Below are positions 63,201 to 64,000 of a stretch of DNA of 64,000 nt, one piece after another (positions within the stretch are counted from its first letter, which is position 1; the number at the start of each line of letters is the position of its first letter). A model generated the notes under the pieces. That model was not told the DNA's origin. It saw nothing but the letters and a program-made list of their open reading frames with translations, and did no database searches. Source of the DNA: Pecten maximus (taxonomy: Eukaryota); contig NC_047024.1 in NCBI RefSeq assembly GCF_902652985.1, positions 29,450,001 to 29,514,000 on the forward strand, read 5' to 3'. A program made the position numbers and the translations under genes.

Positions 63201-63902
63201 GTATTGAGGTAATCATGTTGTCGGGGTCGGGAGTCTCTATAGTCATACTGCTACTGAGGTTAATACTACTGCTCAACTGCTGCATTGGAGACATCGGAGT
63301 CATAGCGACTCGTGATGTCATCTGGCGTCGCTTCATTGTGTGTAACATAGCTTCGGACTCAGCTAATTTACTTCTGTTTAAAGTAGAAAGAAAATAATTC
63401 AGTATGCATTCTTATCTTTAAGGTAAACAAAGGAAAAATGATATCTTTGAATACCATGTCTGGTTCTATGGAATAAAATATTCCATCGTGAGCCTTGTTG
63501 TACATCCTCACACTAAACTAAATTTTAACTTAAAATGATTTGACAAAAATCCAATTTATATGCTGGATTAAATAAAGAAATAACTGAAATAAGTTTTCAA
63601 AGCACTGTACTGATACACGAATAATTCTTATTCACTGTGACATATTTTTTCATATCTTTAAACTATCATCTCCTTCATGACAAGAGAAATTGATTAAGAA
63701 ATCTTCTGACTTCAGTTACTTTCACAATTAGATAGGAATACTTTGGAAGTGCAAGAAAGTCATATACTAATTTTCTGTAACGTTTTAATAATTAGTATTT
63801 CTCCTGTTGATATTTGACATTTACAGTTGACATACCTCAATTCTTCCGTCTCCTTTAAATAACCTTCTATTAACTTCTGTACTTCTCCAGCTCTAGCATC
63901 TT
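114..63902 (-). CDS. KIF21: KIF21-family kinesin-4 (KIF21A/B-like), partial: 20 exons covering stalk, regulatory coiled coil, KANK-binding motif and first WD40 repeat; gene extends beyond both window ends
   Basis: Join (minus): 63836-63902, 63131-63373, 62547-62685, 62084-62174, 59368-59562, 57427-57626, 56930-57106, 50732-50825, 49188-49270, 48799-48867, 48444-48515, 47960-48079, 46189-46290, 45547-45706, 44950-44995, 37615-37696, 32054-32283, 29184-29306, 768-902, 114-256. All introns are GT-AG and the phases chain without stops. Peptides recalled as KIF21A-like: [88 protein letters not shown]. Confidence 0.95.
687..762. repeat. 32-bp tandem duplication (about 2.4 copies) just inside a KIF21 donor
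   Basis: gataatacttgtgtagatgtgtctgattggtt at 696 and 728. Confidence 0.85.
768..902 (-). CDS. KIF21: KIF21 exon ([44 protein letters not shown])
   Basis: ttacag acceptor and gtaaga donor; 135 nt, phase 2 to 2; similar to KIF21A PPSSP...NVFNRLT. Confidence 0.92.
1492..1758 (+). mobile_element. Decayed HINE-like element
   Basis: Starts aacaag; core tgtatgaagtttgattgaaatc; tatacccc...gcgaagggataataa end. Confidence 0.5.
5591..5805 (+). mobile_element. HINE-like element with internal 21-bp repeat x3
   Basis: Starts aactag; core agtttggtaaagatc; (ttgggacgggagggacatggg)x3; tatatacccccc...ggcagggacataa end. Confidence 0.55.
6872..7284. repeat. 31-bp minisatellite, about 13 copies
   Basis: Unit gtgtctatataacacaccatgtatattttaa. 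Confidence 0.95.
7574..9237. repeat. 38/39-bp minisatellite, about 43 copies
   Basis: Unit ggactacaattctgtcaggtctcagt(g)aggacactatac. Confidence 0.97.
9661..9956 (+). mobile_element. Helentron-associated non-autonomous element (HINE/DINE-like)
   Basis: Starts AACAAG; 11-bp subterminal inverted repeat agtcccctgcc (9695-9705) / ggcaggggact (9940-9950); (GACA)n microsatellite; 3' stem-loop followed by aataaa. Confidence 0.75.
12857..12866 (+). other. Candidate donor of a non-coding 5'-UTR exon of the nested gene
   Basis: Perfect CAG|gtaagt upstream of the strong acceptor at 15075. Confidence 0.3.
15319..15998 (+). CDS. Nested gene coding exon 1 (MKKPQRGQ...[10 protein letters not shown])
   Basis: ATG at 15319 within ORF 15313-16002; donor gtaagt at 15999; likely upstream acceptor tttttctgtctccag ending at 15075. 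Confidence 0.85.
15319..22640 (+). CDS. Nested antisense gene in KIF21 intron: uncharacterised 630-aa basic, largely disordered protein with short coiled-coil segments and an RVxF-type motif
   Basis: Join 15319-15998, 18387-19395, 22437-22640 gives 1893 nt, open from ATG to TAG. Junctions are GAA|gtaagt...ttttag|G (phase 2) and AAG|gtaggt...tcgcag|CTC (phase 0). It includes the two longest ORFs in the window. Confidence 0.85.
15967..16643. repeat. 46/50-bp minisatellite, 14 copies, spanning the exon/donor junction of the nested gene
   Basis: Unit cattccattctcacacatagacaggaa|gta(agta)ggaaccccatacccaa. Confidence 0.97.
18387..19395 (+). CDS. Nested gene coding exon 2 ([15 protein letters not shown]...ILKGSEPSK)
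   Basis: Acceptor tttgttttag at 18386; donor AAG|gtaggt at 19396; within the 361-aa ORF. Confidence 0.88.
20207..21036. repeat. 32-bp minisatellite, about 26 near-identical copies
   Basis: Unit aaaataggacagcctgat(t/c)agtgaggtattac. Confidence 0.97.
22437..22640 (+). CDS. Nested gene last coding exon ([67 protein letters not shown])
   Basis: Acceptor ttatttcgcag at 22436; phase 0; GC-richer than its flanks; TAG at 22638-22640; not in the ORF track. Confidence 0.8.
   Translation, partial: LGNKFHGAPNHTAARIGRRSHSIQLQNYLRKMSKSRRMIEHMEAEQYRLAHIIGHKHLMAASQAAQA
23919..23956 (+). terminator. Candidate polyadenylation signal of the nested gene
   Basis: AATAAA at 23919-23924 followed by a GT/T-rich element (ttctgtagttgttttt); a second AATAAA cluster lies at about 23641-23663. 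Confidence 0.4.
26724..26904 (+). mobile_element. tRNA-derived SINE with V-domain-like core (internally deleted head)
   Basis: A box GGTGGCCGAGTGG; B-box-like TTCGAAACC; core GGTTTTTCTCTGGGTACTCCGGCTTTCCTCCACC; (AAAC/AACC)n tail. Confidence 0.8.
27691..27874. repeat. 92-bp tandem duplication
   Basis: acacccaatttagaataaatt... at 27701 and 27793. Confidence 0.9.
27917..28141. mobile_element. Short Tc1/mariner-type MITE
   Basis: TA|CTGTAAATCACTTA ... TAAGTGATTTACAG|TA. Confidence 0.75.
28510..28794. mobile_element. Partial related MITE (right end only)
   Basis: Ends cgcgaaattaagtattcacgaaatctaggtgatttgcag|ta, similar to the TIR at 28128-28141; left TIR not found. Confidence 0.4.
29184..29306 (-). 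CDS. KIF21: KIF21 exon ([40 protein letters not shown])
   Basis: ccctacag acceptor and gtgagt donor; 123 nt, phase 2 to 2. Confidence 0.87.
29420..31822. repeat. 35-bp G-tract minisatellite interrupted by a MITE
   Basis: Unit aacatcatttatatatgatatgtggggtaggggat. Confidence 0.96.
30787..31609. mobile_element. Non-autonomous DNA transposon (MITE), CAG-ended, hAT-like, inserted in a minisatellite
   Basis: Perfect 17-bp TIR CAGGGGTCGACATTAAC / GTTAATGTCGACCCCTG; repeated subterminal GGACAAGT/ACTTGTCC motifs at both ends; flanked by taggg on both sides. Confidence 0.9.
32054..32283 (-). CDS. KIF21: KIF21 exon ([15 protein letters not shown]...KVASSSLP)
   Basis: tatag acceptor and gtaaat donor; 230 nt, phase 0 to 2; KANK-binding motif. 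Confidence 0.92.
35567..35599. repeat. Poly-G tract (about 30 nt)
   Basis: Direct reading. Confidence 0.9.
37615..37696 (-). CDS. KIF21: KIF21 exon ([27 protein letters not shown])
   Basis: gacag acceptor and gtattt donor; 82 nt, phase 2 to 0; bridges the phases of the flanking exons and supplies the basic lead-in to ARRRT. Confidence 0.8.
39924..42527. repeat. 49-bp minisatellite, about 53 copies
   Basis: Unit ctggaccctgtatcactacagaaaatcataaggttccccttctgttact. Confidence 0.97.
44950..44995 (-). CDS. KIF21: KIF21 exon ([14 protein letters not shown])
   Basis: cacag acceptor and gtaaga donor; 46 nt, phase 1 to 2. Confidence 0.8.
45547..45706 (-). CDS. KIF21: KIF21 exon ([22 protein letters not shown]...NLMTNGLD)
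   Basis: ctgtag acceptor and gtatgt donor; 160 nt, phase 0 to 1. Confidence 0.92.
46189..46290 (-). CDS. KIF21: KIF21 exon ([34 protein letters not shown])
   Basis: ttacag acceptor and gtaagt donor; 102 nt, phase 0 to 0. Confidence 0.94.
46464..46619. repeat. Long imperfect inverted repeat, probable non-autonomous element remnant
   Basis: ttcacccccttggg...gggaatatcaacccgaggg versus cccgagggttgagattcccc...cccaaggggatgaa, around a central cacgaggc..ccgagtg. Confidence 0.55.
46960..48005. repeat. 84-bp minisatellite (about 12 copies) derived from a KIF21 exon end plus its donor
   Basis: Period 84 (tagaacc at 47281 and 47365); on the minus strand it translates as ...[14 protein letters not shown]|VGSSG... 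Confidence 0.95.
47960..48079 (-). CDS. KIF21: KIF21 exon ([18 protein letters not shown]...[12 protein letters not shown])
   Basis: ttgtag acceptor and gtaggt donor; 120 nt, phase 0 to 0. Confidence 0.93.
48444..48515 (-). CDS. KIF21: KIF21 exon ([24 protein letters not shown])
   Basis: tttag acceptor and gtaagt donor; 72 nt, phase 0 to 0. Confidence 0.88.
48799..48867 (-). CDS. KIF21: KIF21 exon ([23 protein letters not shown]), regulatory coiled coil
   Basis: ttacag acceptor and gtatgt donor; 69 nt, phase 0 to 0. Confidence 0.92.
49188..49270 (-). CDS. KIF21: KIF21 exon ([27 protein letters not shown])
   Basis: ggcag acceptor and gtaagc donor; 83 nt, phase 1 to 0. Confidence 0.9.
49555..49767 (+). 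mobile_element. HINE-like element (same family as 57730-58025)
   Basis: Core gaagtttgatcaaaatcccttaaggaatgaagc; 3' hairpin agtccccctggtttcaccggtagggga. Confidence 0.55.
49838..50693. mobile_element. Tc1/mariner (pogo/Tigger-type) MITE
   Basis: TA|CAGTCGAATCTGT ... ACAGATTCGACTG|TA; subterminal GGTCGCTTA/GGTCTCTTA repeats; no transposase ORF. Confidence 0.88.
50732..50825 (-). CDS. KIF21: KIF21 exon ([31 protein letters not shown])
   Basis: ttccag acceptor and gtgagt donor; 94 nt, phase 0 to 1. Confidence 0.9.
50903..51080. repeat. 60-bp tandem repeat x3
   Basis: cacagaatctactacccagggaaactctactgtgaccgagtcacgttaccgt. Confidence 0.92.
51743..52864. repeat. 23-bp minisatellite, about 49 copies
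   Basis: Unit taactcattaacacaataccccg. Confidence 0.96.
53106..53253. repeat. 75-bp tandem duplication
   Basis: attaacgtccctatcaccaatgtagatag at 53106 and 53181. Confidence 0.88.
54225..56260. repeat. 62/68-bp minisatellite with partial 130-bp higher-order structure
   Basis: tatacaatat at 54241, 54303, 54371 and onward; two alternating variant units. Confidence 0.95.
56930..57106 (-). CDS. KIF21: KIF21 exon ([10 protein letters not shown]...VLKRKQEE)
   Basis: ttgtag acceptor and gtaatg donor; 177 nt, phase 0 to 0. Confidence 0.95.
57427..57626 (-). CDS. KIF21: KIF21 exon ([21 protein letters not shown]...EMKKTK)
   Basis: ttgcag acceptor and gtgtga donor; 200 nt, phase 1 to 0. Confidence 0.95.
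57730..58025 (+). mobile_element. HINE-like element with two core repeats
   Basis: Two copies of tattatggtccttta...tttga..aaatc..ttca.ggaatga; 3' hairpin agtcctcccagtttcgctggtacgggact. Confidence 0.55.
58030..58965. mobile_element. Tc1/mariner-type MITE
   Basis: TA|CCGCAAAAACTCATGTAATTTGCGCAG ... CTGCGCAAATTACACGAGTTTTTACAG|TA (27-bp imperfect TIR, TA TSD). Confidence 0.85.
59368..59562 (-). CDS. KIF21: KIF21 exon ([26 protein letters not shown]...ERDKVLANI)
   Basis: tttcag acceptor and gtgagt donor; 195 nt, phase 1 to 1; strongly conserved KIF21 stalk motif. Confidence 0.95.
61105..61246. repeat. About 51-bp degenerate tandem repeat x3
   Basis: aacatctgggatctc...ttatcatattgactctcgtattaatgta. 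Confidence 0.75.
62084..62174 (-). CDS. KIF21: KIF21 acidic exon ([30 protein letters not shown])
   Basis: ttacag acceptor and gtac donor; 91 nt, phase 0 to 1. Confidence 0.88.
62547..62685 (-). CDS. KIF21: KIF21 acidic exon ([13 protein letters not shown]...GEQNGE)
   Basis: gcag acceptor and gtaaaa donor; 139 nt, phase 2 to 0. Confidence 0.88.
63131..63373 (-). CDS. KIF21: KIF21 exon ([16 protein letters not shown]...[24 protein letters not shown])
   Basis: 243 nt, phase 2 to 2; overlaps ORF 63127-63348; AKKD motif as in KIF21A. Confidence 0.92.
63836..63902 (-). CDS. KIF21: KIF21 exon ([22 protein letters not shown])
   Basis: cag acceptor and gtatg donor; 67 nt, phase 1 to 2; similar to KIF21A YIKEIEDLR. 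Confidence 0.9.
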
Positions 63903-64000
63903 CTGTTAAACACCAGACAAAATCAATGTTTAATTGGAATCTTGTCAAAGTTACACTTTTGTTTATTGGAGCATTATGATAAATAAACACTTGTAGCCAA

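Overview
AT-rich, intron-rich animal genomic DNA. It is probably from a bivalve mollusc, inferred from a V-domain-type SINE, Helentron-type non-autonomous elements and dense intronic minisatellites. The whole window lies inside one minus-strand kinesin-4 gene of the KIF21 family. By hand I traced 20 GT-AG exons with consistent phases (2571 nt, about 857 aa). They run from the coiled-coil stalk through the regulatory coiled coil and the KANK-binding motif to the first WD40 repeat; the motor domain and remaining WD40 repeats lie outside the window. Its 28.3-kb intron (903-29183) hosts a nested antisense gene with three coding exons (+ strand, 15319-22640, 630 aa). I do not recognise the product, but it carries an RVxF-type PP1-docking signature. 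In both genes a minisatellite has grown out of an exon end plus its 5' splice site, giving arrays of duplicated donors with an in-frame stop before the first duplicate. The KIF21 introns also contain several phase-compatible candidate cassette, micro, mutually exclusive or terminal exons that the ORF track does not explain. Other content includes MITEs (three TA-TSD Tc1/mariner-type and one CAG-ended with an apparent 5-bp TSD), a tRNA-derived SINE and about ten tandem arrays. All calls come from manual reading; no database searches were run.
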